NCBI GenBank assembly: GCA_947568535.1
Contig: CANOPF010000002.1
Span: 1 to 53,682, forward strand
DNA: 53,682 nt
Source of the DNA: an uncultured Clostridium sp.
Lineage (GTDB): Bacteria > Bacillota > Clostridia > TANB77 > CAG-508
Direction of reading: 5' to 3'
Both the position numbers and the translations under genes were made by a program. The notes below the pieces were generated by a model. That model saw only the letters and a list, made by a program, of their open reading frames with translations, did not search any database and had not been told where the DNA came from. Within the stretch, counting starts at the first letter, position 1, and each line of letters opens with the position of its first letter. This document shows positions 27,715-37,527 of this stretch, in pieces.

Positions 27715-27742
27715 TTGATTTCAGCAAAATGTTTACTATAAT
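27715..27742 (+). promoter_or_regulatory. Candidate promoter of the A2-B2 operon
   Basis: TTGATT (27715-27720), 16-nt spacer, TATAAT (27737-27742), about 45 nt upstream of the ATG. It has the same -35 hexamer as the proximal A1 candidate. Confidence 0.4.
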
Positions 27743-27784
27743 ATAAGGAAAAAGATATTTTATGATACAAGGGAGTATAGACTA

Positions 27785-30700
27785 ATGCAAGAAAAAATAG
27801 TAAAGATATTATTCATTATCATATGTATAGTTACCTTAGTGGGATTGGATATCCTATTTTTGGGAAATCAAGTCATTCTAGCTTTGTATGAAGGATTAGA
27901 AGAACAAGAAACCACGACTAATAGCAAAAATGTTTTGTTTGATGCCTATTTTGAGGAAGAGACAAAAGTACATCATAAAGAACTCAAAATTAGTCAAGGA
28001 AATAACGTCATTCTAGATATCACCATAACAGAAGGTGGCATTTTGGAAGAGGGAGTAATAAAAATTGAAAACGCCAATTTTAAAATAGATAAGGCAAACA
28101 TAAAAGATAAAAATATCAAATGTATTCATGAAGATAGCAATGAAATAGAATTAACTGTAATTCCCAATGGAAATGTAAAAATAGTTTTACCCATTCAATT
28201 TGAACGACAAGAAGCAAAAAATATAGACTATTTTGATCAAGAAAATCAGATAAAGATTAAGGGGAAATATAAAAGTAGTGATACGAAGAAAAAAAGTGTT
28301 CAAGGTCAGGTTCTAACTAGAACACAATGGAGTGAAGATACCGATATAGAGTTAACACAAAAAATAGAAAAATATTTAGATTTAGGAGAAAAGGGGATTG
28401 TATTACAACATACCGTCAATGTTAAACAAGATAATAACACTTTGCCACTTAATAAGCAGATTCTTACTGTTGAAGTGCCAGAGTTGGCCAAACAAATGCC
28501 AAAGGAAATAAGCGTATTGTATAATGGAAATTCATTAGAACAAGAGAATTATCAATTAGATAGGGATAATCATATATTGACCATTAAAAGAACATACAAT
28601 GATGATGAAATTCATTGGGAGGAAGAAGAAGGTGAATATAAAATAATTTATACCTATGAAAAAGAGGTAGGTAGTGAATCTAGAGTCATCAATCTTAAAG
28701 CCAATTTAGTTACACAATTATACACAAAAGAACCAATTATAAAAACAGATGAACAATCAACAAAGATAAACCGTAAAGGAAAGATCATAACATTAAGAAA
28801 ACAAGTAACACCTCATATAGGAAAAGGTTATATGTATGCTAATGTGAATAATACAGTAGAATATAAAGAGAAAATGCAATTAGAAATTTCAAAAGTAGGT
28901 GTAATAACAGAAAATACGATAATTAAGCAAACAGATCATTTTGTTGATGCTGAAGAAGTAAGAAAAACTACAAATCATAGTATTACCTATAAAAGTATTG
29001 AACTAGATAAAAACAATTTACTAACTATTTTAGGAGAAAAGGGAAATATTCAATTACAACAAGAAGATGGGACAATGATTACTCGTATCGATAAAGATAC
29101 GTCATCCAATGAAGAAGGGAAAATAGTCTATGATTTACCAAATTCAGTGCATGGATTAACAATCGTATATACCACACCAGTAAAGGAAGGAAACCTAAAT
29201 ATCCAACTAGTAAAAACAATATGTGGTGAAACAGGATATACGAAACAAGAATTACAGTCATTTGTTTTATTAGAGAATATTACTTATATGGAAAATGAAG
29301 TTGAACAAGAGAAATTAACAAAAAATATAGCATTAAAAGAAAGCATGGCAAAAGCAAAACTAGAATTCAACAAGACAAATTTATCAACATTAGAAAAAAA
29401 CGAAAATGTACAAATTTTAATTACTTTATTATGCAACAATGAGAATGATAATCTATGGAAAAATCCTTATGTGGAAGTTCAGTTACCACAAGAAATCCAG
29501 AAAATAGCAATAAAATCCGTAAAGACTCTTTATCATGGTGGAATCTATATCGAACAGGCAATGTATAAAAAAGATGAGAAAGTAATTAGTTTATCCATGA
29601 AAGGAGAGCAATTAGCATTTCAAACCGATATGAATGAAGGAATACAAATTATCATTCATGCAGACATTACATTAGATAAGAAAACACCAACAAAAGACGC
29701 AGAAGTAAAAATGTTATATGCCAATGAAGGAGAAGCACAGAAAGAAGAAAAGCAGAGTGTTCAGTTAACTTCGAAATATGGTGTATTTGTCTATAATCAG
29801 ATAAGCAATTATAATGAATCGAAAGAAAATTTAGAGAGTCTTAGTGAAGAGATAGTAGAAGGAAATTTAGATAGTCATGCAGAAGAAAGAATAGCCAAAC
29901 AAGAGGTTACCATTATTAATAATTATCAAGAGCCAATAGAAGAAGTTGTTGTCGTAGGAAGAATTGCTGAGAATAAGCAAAAACAAAATAGTATAGAAAC
30001 AGAGTTATTAGAAGAATTGGCAGTAAGTAGAGAAGATGTCAACATATTTTATTCAGAGGATCAAAATGCGACAGAAAATAGTGATTCATGGGGAGATTAC
30101 CGAGAAAGTGTAAAATCATATAAAATTGTATTAGCTAATCAACATATTAATCCATATGAAAAAATGACTTTATCTTATCCATTAAAAATACCTAATAATA
30201 TTGAGCCAAACAAAACGAATTATCATGTAGAAGAAGTAACTTATCAGTATAAGGGACAAGAAGAAAAAATCACCTCTTCTATGAAACTGTCTACGGCAAA
30301 GGAAGAAGAATTAGCCAAACAAACACAACAAGTAAAAAAAATAGATGGCATGGAAATTAACATGAAATCTAAAATAGGAAAAAATGAAATAACTAACGAT
30401 GAAGTAATTTATGGAGGGCAATCCATTGCTTGTACCATAGAAATAACTAATCACACAGGAAAAGACCTAAACCATTTAGCTATAAAAGCTGACTACGAAA
30501 ACGTAAATTTTTACGATGAAGTAAGGTATGAATCAATTGGTGGATTAGAAGAAACGTTTAATATATATATAGAAGAGGTAGAAAATCAAACACAAAAAGA
30601 ATGGGGTATTGAACAGTTAAAAGACGGAGAGGCTACGTTAATTGAATATGAATTTTCGGTAAAAGAAATACAAGAGGGGAATATTCTTGGAAAATTAATC

Positions 30701-32590
30701 TTAGGAGCGGACGAATGGGGAGAACACACCATAAAGGTAATGGAAAATCCAATAAAAAAAGCAGAAGTAAAATTGTATATCAGGAATAGTCAATCAGAAG
30801 ATATGATACTAGATACCAATACATATATTCCTGTTAAAGTATATGTTAAAAATTTATCTGACGTTGAACTAAATGATCTTATTGTCAATATTCACTTAGA
30901 TTCATATTCTTATTTTGATACAGATTGGCATTATGAAGGATGTGAAGTTTTAGACTATGACCAAACAAAAAATATCGTAAAAATGAAAATATATTCTATA
31001 AAAAGTCAAGAGACCATGATTATGGATGCTAATATTTGGTTCCATGAATTAGATGAACAGACAAAAAAAGTAGATATTCATATCTTAGCCGACTTAGAAA
31101 TGAATCATAATTCATATATATCGAATGCATTAATTAGAACAGTATACCAAGGAAAACCAAGTATAGAAATGAAACAAGAAGGAAGCGTTCATGGTGAATA
31201 CATTAAAGATGGAGATCAAGTAACCTTTACGACTACCATTACAAACACGGGCGTTAGAGGAGGAGTTTTTACCATTGAAGATGAGTTCCATGATACATTT
31301 GAAATAATTAATGCGTATTACGAAAAAGATGGAATAAAACAAGAATTAAGTGAAGAAGGAAATATCATTAACTTTGATGTTCAGTTAGATGAAGGAGAAC
31401 AAATAACATTAGTCATAGAAACAAGGATATATGCAGAATGTATGGAAGGAGATTCGGTTAGCAATAAAGTCTTGTTAAGTGGAATGTATTATGAAACAGA
31501 ATCGAATGAAATAACCTATAAACGATATCAACCTTCACAAGAAGAAAAGCCAGAAGCCCAAACATATAGTATTTCTGGAAGCGTGTGGTTAGATAAAAAT
31601 AAAAATGGAGCAAAAGATGCGGAAGAAGAAGGATTGAAAGGCATCAAAGTGATTTTGTTAGATGCTACTACAGGAGAGATAGTAAAAGATAAAAACGGAA
31701 GTCAAAAAACGATATCTATACAACATGATGGCAATTATGTATTTGAAAATTTAGAAAGAAATCGATATATGGTAGTATTTGAATATGACGACCAAAAATA
31801 TACTGTGACAGAATATCAAAAAACAGGGGTAAACGAGCAAATCAATTCGGATGTTATTGCTAAAAATGTAACAATAGAGGGAGAAAAGAAGGTAAGAGCA
31901 ATAACTGATATGTTGATATTGGAAAATCAACATATAACCAATATTAATGCGGGATTTTGTGAAAATAAGATTTTTGATTTATCATTACAAAAAGCAGTAA
32001 AAAAAGTCATTGTACAAAATACAAGAGGAACAAGTATATATGAATACAACGATGTAGATATAGCAAAGGTAGAATTAAGTGCAAAAGAAATAGAAGGCTC
32101 AAATATATTAATCGAGTATAGTATAAAAGTTAAAAATGAAGGCGAAATAGCTGGATATGTAACTGATGTACTTGATTATATACCAAAAGATTTAACCTTT
32201 CGTTCAGAAATCAATAAAGATTGGTATATTTCTACAGACGGTATTCTTCATAATCAAAGTTTGACCAATCATATTTTGGCACCTGGACAAAGCAAAGAGT
32301 TAACGTTAATGTTAACCAAGACGATAACCACTCATAATATAGGATTAATACATAATACAGCGGAAATTGGAAAAAGTAGTAATCCTTTAGGACAAGAAGA
32401 CATAGATTCAACACCAGGAAACAATCAAAAAGATGAAGACGATCTTAGTTCAGCACAAGTAATTATTTCTATATCTACAGGTAGAATAGGTTGTTATATT
32501 AGTGTGATGCTAATTAGTGTAATCCTATTTCTGATTGGTATTTATGTTATAAAAGGAAAAGTATTTGTAAGAAAGGAGAAAAATACATGA
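27785..32590 (+). CDS. Giant surface protein A2 (1601 aa), colinear paralog of A1
   Basis: It aligns with A1 from the N-terminal anchor (LVGLDILFLGNQV vs LVGLNVMFLGNKV). The match continues through the SdrD-B-like domain (GSVWLDKNKNGAKDAEEEGLKGIKVILLD...) to DIDSTPGNNQKDEDD and SISTG (32468-32482) plus TM segment plus basic tail. Confidence 0.85.
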   Translation: MQEKIVKILFIIICIVTLVGLDILFLGNQVILALYEGLEEQETTTNSKNVLFDAYFEEETKVHHKELKISQGNNVILDITITEGGILEEGVIKIENANFKIDKANIKDKNIKCIHEDSNEIELTVIPNGNVKIVLPIQFERQEAKNIDYFDQENQIKIKGKYKSSDTKKKSVQGQVLTRTQWSEDTDIELTQKIEKYLDLGEKGIVLQHTVNVKQDNNTLPLNKQILTVEVPELAKQMPKEISVLYNGNSLEQENYQLDRDNHILTIKRTYNDDEIHWEEEEGEYKIIYTYEKEVGSESRVINLKANLVTQLYTKEPIIKTDEQSTKINRKGKIITLRKQVTPHIGKGYMYANVNNTVEYKEKMQLEISKVGVITENTIIKQTDHFVDAEEVRKTTNHSITYKSIELDKNNLLTILGEKGNIQLQQEDGTMITRIDKDTSSNEEGKIVYDLPNSVHGLTIVYTTPVKEGNLNIQLVKTICGETGYTKQELQSFVLLENITYMENEVEQEKLTKNIALKESMAKAKLEFNKTNLSTLEKNENVQILITLLCNNENDNLWKNPYVEVQLPQEIQKIAIKSVKTLYHGGIYIEQAMYKKDEKVISLSMKGEQLAFQTDMNEGIQIIIHADITLDKKTPTKDAEVKMLYANEGEAQKEEKQSVQLTSKYGVFVYNQISNYNESKENLESLSEEIVEGNLDSHAEERIAKQEVTIINNYQEPIEEVVVVGRIAENKQKQNSIETELLEELAVSREDVNIFYSEDQNATENSDSWGDYRESVKSYKIVLANQHINPYEKMTLSYPLKIPNNIEPNKTNYHVEEVTYQYKGQEEKITSSMKLSTAKEEELAKQTQQVKKIDGMEINMKSKIGKNEITNDEVIYGGQSIACTIEITNHTGKDLNHLAIKADYENVNFYDEVRYESIGGLEETFNIYIEEVENQTQKEWGIEQLKDGEATLIEYEFSVKEIQEGNILGKLILGADEWGEHTIKVMENPIKKAEVKLYIRNSQSEDMILDTNTYIPVKVYVKNLSDVELNDLIVNIHLDSYSYFDTDWHYEGCEVLDYDQTKNIVKMKIYSIKSQETMIMDANIWFHELDEQTKKVDIHILADLEMNHNSYISNALIRTVYQGKPSIEMKQEGSVHGEYIKDGDQVTFTTTITNTGVRGGVFTIEDEFHDTFEIINAYYEKDGIKQELSEEGNIINFDVQLDEGEQITLVIETRIYAECMEGDSVSNKVLLSGMYYETESNEITYKRYQPSQEEKPEAQTYSISGSVWLDKNKNGAKDAEEEGLKGIKVILLDATTGEIVKDKNGSQKTISIQHDGNYVFENLERNRYMVVFEYDDQKYTVTEYQKTGVNEQINSDVIAKNVTIEGEKKVRAITDMLILENQHITNINAGFCENKIFDLSLQKAVKKVIVQNTRGTSIYEYNDVDIAKVELSAKEIEGSNILIEYSIKVKNEGEIAGYVTDVLDYIPKDLTFRSEINKDWYISTDGILHNQSLTNHILAPGQSKELTLMLTKTITTHNIGLIHNTAEIGKSSNPLGQEDIDSTPGNNQKDEDDLSSAQVIISISTGRIGCYISVMLISVILFLIGIYVIKGKVFVRKEKNT

Positions 32591-35500
32591 AAAGATATGT
32601 AAAGATTATTATTATCCTATGTTTATTTTCATGTATGTTAATTATTCCAAAGCAGTCAATTCTTGCTTTTGAATCAGCGGGAAAATTAGATGACTTTATA
32701 GCATTAACACAAAAGAATGCATTTTCAACAACTGATTTGTCAACCTTTAAAAAAACATATTTAGGTAAAACATTAAGTATGGGAGCGACAGATCCATCAC
32801 ATAAACAAGGTGCTTCTTGTGCTGGTCATGGTAATAGTATCCTTCAAGAAGCACCAATAGCAACCCGATTTATACAATGTATATTAGATGTCGAGACAAC
32901 ATTTAATGAAAAAACCAGAAAAGTAGAAGTGAATCGTACCTCTTTTTTTACCAATAATAAAGGGGAGATACAGCCTTCTTTAAAAGAAGAAGATATGAAT
33001 AGTGCACAAAGAGAATTGTTAAATAAAATAGCTTATGTAGCCTTTAAAGGAAAAGAAGAAAAGGGAAGCAAGGAAACTGATATTGATACACCATATAAGA
33101 AGACTTTACATGATTTATTACATAAAAGTTTGAATAACGAGCAAAGAAACTTAGGCATTAGTAAGTACCTAAAAACAGGAAAAATAGATAATGAAACAAA
33201 AGCAGATACTACCATTATTACTCAGGCAAATGCGTATAATAACAAGATAAAAAATGGCGATAAGTTTTATTCGTTAAAAACAGCTCCAAAGTTAAGCAAT
33301 AAAACAGTAAAATTATCAGGTGATGCAGAAGCAAAAGAGTATACATATATAGGGCCATTCAAAATTGTAAGTGGAGGAGGAATTAAACCTAGTGGTATAC
33401 AATGTATAGGAGCAAAGGGAGGAAAAAGAACAGTAAAAGGAATTGTGACAACAGCAAATGGAACCAATCCTAAAAAGGTTTCCACTATTCAAGACAAAAA
33501 GCAATTTTGGGTTGTTGTAGTAGGAAAATTAACCAAAATGCCTACCATAACATTAGAGAAGAAACTATCCTATATAGCTAATGCAAGAGTTGTCATATTA
33601 ATTAATACATCTCCAACTCATAGTGTACAACATAATGCTGTTTTTTCAGGAGCAACAGAAAAGACGGCAACATTAACATTAGAATTAACAGGAGCAGGTG
33701 TAGAAACAGGGAATGGAAACATAAACATTGAAAAGAAATCAAGTACAACAGGGGAACCAATGAAAGATGTTCAATTTACTATACAAAATAGTGAAGGTGA
33801 ATATTATACCAAGGCAAAGATTTTTTCTTCTACTTTTACCGATGATTGTATATGGATAACTGGTGCAAATGGAAGAATAGAGATTGCCGATATAGAATCA
33901 GGTATTTATACAGTAACCGAAATAGGTGTATTAAATAATGGTTATGGACAAGATAATTATGGGTATTTATCTAGTGGAGAGGAACAAACTGAAGAAGTAG
34001 AAATAGGAGGAACAGTAACATTTATTTTTGAAAATGTGAAACATACAGGCAAATTAGTCATTAACAAAATAGATAAAGGTACAGGTCAACCAATGAGTAG
34101 AATAGGATTTACTTTACAAATGGTATCACCAGGTGACAAGTATCAGAAATATATCCACATCAATGATAAGGGTAATATTACCTATGAATCAACTCCACAA
34201 ACGTTATTAACAACAGTAGATGGAAAATTAGTCATTGATGGTATATGGGAAGGAGCCTATAAATTAACAGAAGTAGAAAATCCTTATTTTGGATATGAGG
34301 TACTCCCTAAGATAATTGAAGAGCAGTTAATTGTGCAAGGGCATAGTCAAGAAGTTACAATTATTGTTGAAAATGAAAGAAAGTATATTAAACTATCAGG
34401 ATATGTATGGGAAGATAGAAATAATCTTATTGGAAAGAAATGGGAAAAAGATAATCTCTATACACCAAACAGTAATGACAAAAAACTACAAAATGTAGAG
34501 GTTATACTAAAGAAATCAGATGGAACAATATTGGATACACAAATAACCAATGAAAATGGCACATATGTATTTGGAGATTTTGCCTCAAACCAAAAACCAA
34601 TTGAAATCGCTGATTTACATGGAGCTTATATAGAATTTACTTATAATGGCATGTGTTATCAATCTGTAGAAGTAAATGCCAATCAAGATAATGGAAGTAA
34701 AGCAACAGATGAACCATTAAGAAAGGAATTTAATGAGGCGTATAGCACGATAACTAAAGGAAAAGCACAAAATGGAAATTACAATTTAGTCTATGATTAT
34801 CAGGATCACAAAGCTATCTTAACTTATGGAGAAAAACAAAAGTATGTATATGGATATGAAGGACAAAAATACCCTATTTCGGGTATTAGCAATCAATATA
34901 CATTAAAAGCTAATACATTAGATGCGTCCCCAGATAAATGGTTAGGACAATCAACATATACCATAGAAGATGTTTACAAAAATGGCATACAAGAGATTTC
35001 GAACATTAATTTAGGATTAACAGAAAGAGAAATGCCAGATATTGCTTTGGTACAAGATATTCAAGATGTCAAGATTGGGTTAAATGGATATATGCATACC
35101 TATCAATATGCACAAAGATTTTCCAAGTTAAATCAAGAAATAGCCAAATTTGTAGAAGAAAATAAAGATACGGATAAAATCTTTAATATCGGTGTGAATT
35201 TTGGAGAGAAATATGGTCCAGAACAATATACAGCTACCATTTATTCCTCAGACATTGTATACAATAACCAAGAGGGAAATCAGGGGAAATTAGGTGTATG
35301 GATTAATTATGAAATGAGATTAATGAATCAAACAGCTTCGGTAAAAACCGTAGTCAATGAGTTATATAATTATTATGATTCTGATTATGAAGTTGACTCA
35401 GTAACAGATAAAAATGGCAAACACCTTACCTATACTATAGATGAAGGGTATGTACAAAACAATCGTAAAAGAATGTTAATCCATCCAGAAGAGGGAATTT

Positions 35501-37236
35501 CCATAGAAGAACAAGGAGAACAAAAAGTTAAGATAACTTATCGAGTAAAAAACGAAGCAGTGAGCAGGATGTTAAATCACGATCAAATATTAAACTCAAT
35601 TACGGAAGTAGTATCTTATTCATCTTATGATAAAGATAATCATAGATATGCGGGTATTGATGTAGACTCTGAACCCAATAATGCTATAATAGGAAAGACA
35701 GAAACATATGAAGATGATATTGATCAAGCACCATCAATTATTTTACAGAGTAGAAATACAAGAAAGATCGAAGGTACAGTTTGGGAAGAAAATGCAATAG
35801 AAGAATTATTGAAAAAAACTGGATATGACAAGGAAAGACTAGGAAATGGTCAATATGATGAAGGTCAAGAAGGAATAATAGAAAATGTGCAGGTAGAATT
35901 ATTAAAAATAGAAGAAAACAAAATGTCATGGGCTTCGTTGTATCAAGCAACAGGACAAGTAGTAACCCAAGCAAAGACGAAGACAGATGGGAAAGGATAT
36001 TATTGCTTTGATGGTATCATACCAGGAAGGTATGTAATCAGGTTTACGTATGGAAATAATAGTATAGTTTGTGAACCAAATGGAAATAAAAAGACTATTC
36101 AAGAAAAAGATGGCGTGGAATATTATAAATCAACATTATATCGAACAAAAAACATAGGAGGAGAAAAACAATCATTCTATCAGGAAGAAGACCCATATTG
36201 GTTTAAAGATAGTCAGGAAAGTGCAAATAGGTTATCCGATGCTAGAGATGATAGGCGTTTAGTACAACAAAGAATAAATGATAGTCAGGAAATAAACTAT
36301 AACACAGTAATACAAGAAAGCAAAATACAAGAGATTCAAGCCAGTACAGATCCTTTTGTAATGGAAATGGATTTTAATCAAAATGACACAGAACGTATTA
36401 GTCAGTTTGGACAGCCACTTAAGTTTGTATTTGAACATCTAGATTTTGGTATTATTCGTAGGCCAAAACAAAACTTGAGTTTAAAGAAAGAAATTGCTCA
36501 TGTTAAAGTAACATTAGCAAATCAACAAACCATTATTGACGGAGATCCAAGAAAAGGAGGATTAAAACATCTAAAATATTCGCCAGATGGAAATGTACAG
36601 ATTGAATTAGATAGTGAAATTATGCAAGGTGCAACATTAACATTAACTTATGATATTATAGTAGATAATACTCAGTGTGAAATCGATTATCATGACATCA
36701 ATTATTACGATTTCGGAACGCAAAATAGGAATAAGTGGAAAGTAGCAACCATTAAGAATTTATTTGAATATCCAAGTAATGAATTTAACTTTGAACAAAA
36801 GTATAATCAAAATTGGGCTATTGTAGATGTAAAACAGTTAGACAACAACAAGTTAAAACCAGGTCTTAAGAAAAAACTGGAAATTTACCAAACGATTTTG
36901 CAAACACAACAATTTGCTATGATGAAACCAGGCGAGAAAAAAATAGAGAAAGTGATATTAAGCAAGTTAATTGCTAATACAGAGGAAGACTTATCTTTTG
37001 ATAATGACATAGAAGTAAATACTTATCTACATAGTAAAATGGATAAAACAATACCAGGAAATTATGATCCAGCCGATAGCCATACAAAAGAAAAAGATAA
37101 TGATCATAAAAATCTTGTTCTTACTGTACCAACAGGAGAAAATCGAGAATATTTACCTTACATTATCTTAGCCATAGTATCATGTATTATTTTGGTAGTA
37201 GGCATAATAAGCATAAAACGAAAAGTATTACAATAA
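32587..37236 (+). CDS. Giant surface protein B2 (1549 aa), paralog of B1 with a longer N-terminal region and two CnaB-type domains
   Basis: ATGA overlap with A2. Signal peptide ...SILA/FE. E-box-like GIYTVTEIG and GAYKLTEVENPYFGYEV. SGYVWEDRNN... INLGLTEREMPDIALVQD... VDSEPNN...YEDDIDQAP. C-terminal TVPTG (37123-37137) plus TM segment plus KRKVLQ. Confidence 0.85.
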   Translation: MKRYVKIIIILCLFSCMLIIPKQSILAFESAGKLDDFIALTQKNAFSTTDLSTFKKTYLGKTLSMGATDPSHKQGASCAGHGNSILQEAPIATRFIQCILDVETTFNEKTRKVEVNRTSFFTNNKGEIQPSLKEEDMNSAQRELLNKIAYVAFKGKEEKGSKETDIDTPYKKTLHDLLHKSLNNEQRNLGISKYLKTGKIDNETKADTTIITQANAYNNKIKNGDKFYSLKTAPKLSNKTVKLSGDAEAKEYTYIGPFKIVSGGGIKPSGIQCIGAKGGKRTVKGIVTTANGTNPKKVSTIQDKKQFWVVVVGKLTKMPTITLEKKLSYIANARVVILINTSPTHSVQHNAVFSGATEKTATLTLELTGAGVETGNGNINIEKKSSTTGEPMKDVQFTIQNSEGEYYTKAKIFSSTFTDDCIWITGANGRIEIADIESGIYTVTEIGVLNNGYGQDNYGYLSSGEEQTEEVEIGGTVTFIFENVKHTGKLVINKIDKGTGQPMSRIGFTLQMVSPGDKYQKYIHINDKGNITYESTPQTLLTTVDGKLVIDGIWEGAYKLTEVENPYFGYEVLPKIIEEQLIVQGHSQEVTIIVENERKYIKLSGYVWEDRNNLIGKKWEKDNLYTPNSNDKKLQNVEVILKKSDGTILDTQITNENGTYVFGDFASNQKPIEIADLHGAYIEFTYNGMCYQSVEVNANQDNGSKATDEPLRKEFNEAYSTITKGKAQNGNYNLVYDYQDHKAILTYGEKQKYVYGYEGQKYPISGISNQYTLKANTLDASPDKWLGQSTYTIEDVYKNGIQEISNINLGLTEREMPDIALVQDIQDVKIGLNGYMHTYQYAQRFSKLNQEIAKFVEENKDTDKIFNIGVNFGEKYGPEQYTATIYSSDIVYNNQEGNQGKLGVWINYEMRLMNQTASVKTVVNELYNYYDSDYEVDSVTDKNGKHLTYTIDEGYVQNNRKRMLIHPEEGISIEEQGEQKVKITYRVKNEAVSRMLNHDQILNSITEVVSYSSYDKDNHRYAGIDVDSEPNNAIIGKTETYEDDIDQAPSIILQSRNTRKIEGTVWEENAIEELLKKTGYDKERLGNGQYDEGQEGIIENVQVELLKIEENKMSWASLYQATGQVVTQAKTKTDGKGYYCFDGIIPGRYVIRFTYGNNSIVCEPNGNKKTIQEKDGVEYYKSTLYRTKNIGGEKQSFYQEEDPYWFKDSQESANRLSDARDDRRLVQQRINDSQEINYNTVIQESKIQEIQASTDPFVMEMDFNQNDTERISQFGQPLKFVFEHLDFGIIRRPKQNLSLKKEIAHVKVTLANQQTIIDGDPRKGGLKHLKYSPDGNVQIELDSEIMQGATLTLTYDIIVDNTQCEIDYHDINYYDFGTQNRNKWKVATIKNLFEYPSNEFNFEQKYNQNWAIVDVKQLDNNKLKPGLKKKLEIYQTILQTQQFAMMKPGEKKIEKVILSKLIANTEEDLSFDNDIEVNTYLHSKMDKTIPGNYDPADSHTKEKDNDHKNLVLTVPTGENREYLPYIILAIVSCIILVVGIISIKRKVLQ

Positions 37237-37250
37237 TTTAGGATAAAAAA

Positions 37251-37312
37251 TACCATATAAGGGAAAATAGTCAGGTAATTGATTATTGGTAACTTATATG
37301 GTATGATTGCTT
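37251..37312 (+). terminator. Long-loop hairpin plus T-run after B2 (probable terminator)
   Basis: Perfect 11-bp arms TACCATATAAG (37251-37261) and CTTATATGGTA (37293-37303), 31-nt loop, then GATTGCTTTT. Confidence 0.4.
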
Positions 37313-37527
37313 TTAGGAGAAAATTACTTCTACATATGTCGTGTTTATATTGCTTTTTTTTCTATTCTGTAATAAAATAAAACACAGAAAATAAAAGAAT
37401 CAAAAAAAAAAGAAAAAAATAGTCAATAAAATGTAGAAAACTTTTTTGGTATAGATTACCAAAAAAGACAAAAACCACAAAGGACAAGTAGTAAAATAAG
37501 CCTATAAAAATTTAAGAGGTGGTAAGG

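Noticed and set aside
18788-37236. Interpretation of the A/B genes as a classical sortase-assembled pilus operon.
   Set aside because: There is no sortase gene in or next to the cluster. I found no YPKN-type pilin motif, and the proteins are several-fold larger than pilins. Only E-box-like CnaB signatures are present, and these also occur in monomeric adhesins.
37251-37303. 11-bp perfect inverted repeat with a 31-nt spacer after B2, considered as a second MITE.
   Set aside because: It has no flanking direct repeat and no similarity to the 2716-2829 element. It sits directly after a stop codon and is followed by a T-run, so a terminator-like hairpin is the simpler reading.
37330-37345. TGTCGTG upstream of spoIIE as a possible Spo0A box (consensus TGTCGAA).
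   Set aside because: Only 5 of 7 positions match and there is a single copy. That is too weak to call from sequence alone.
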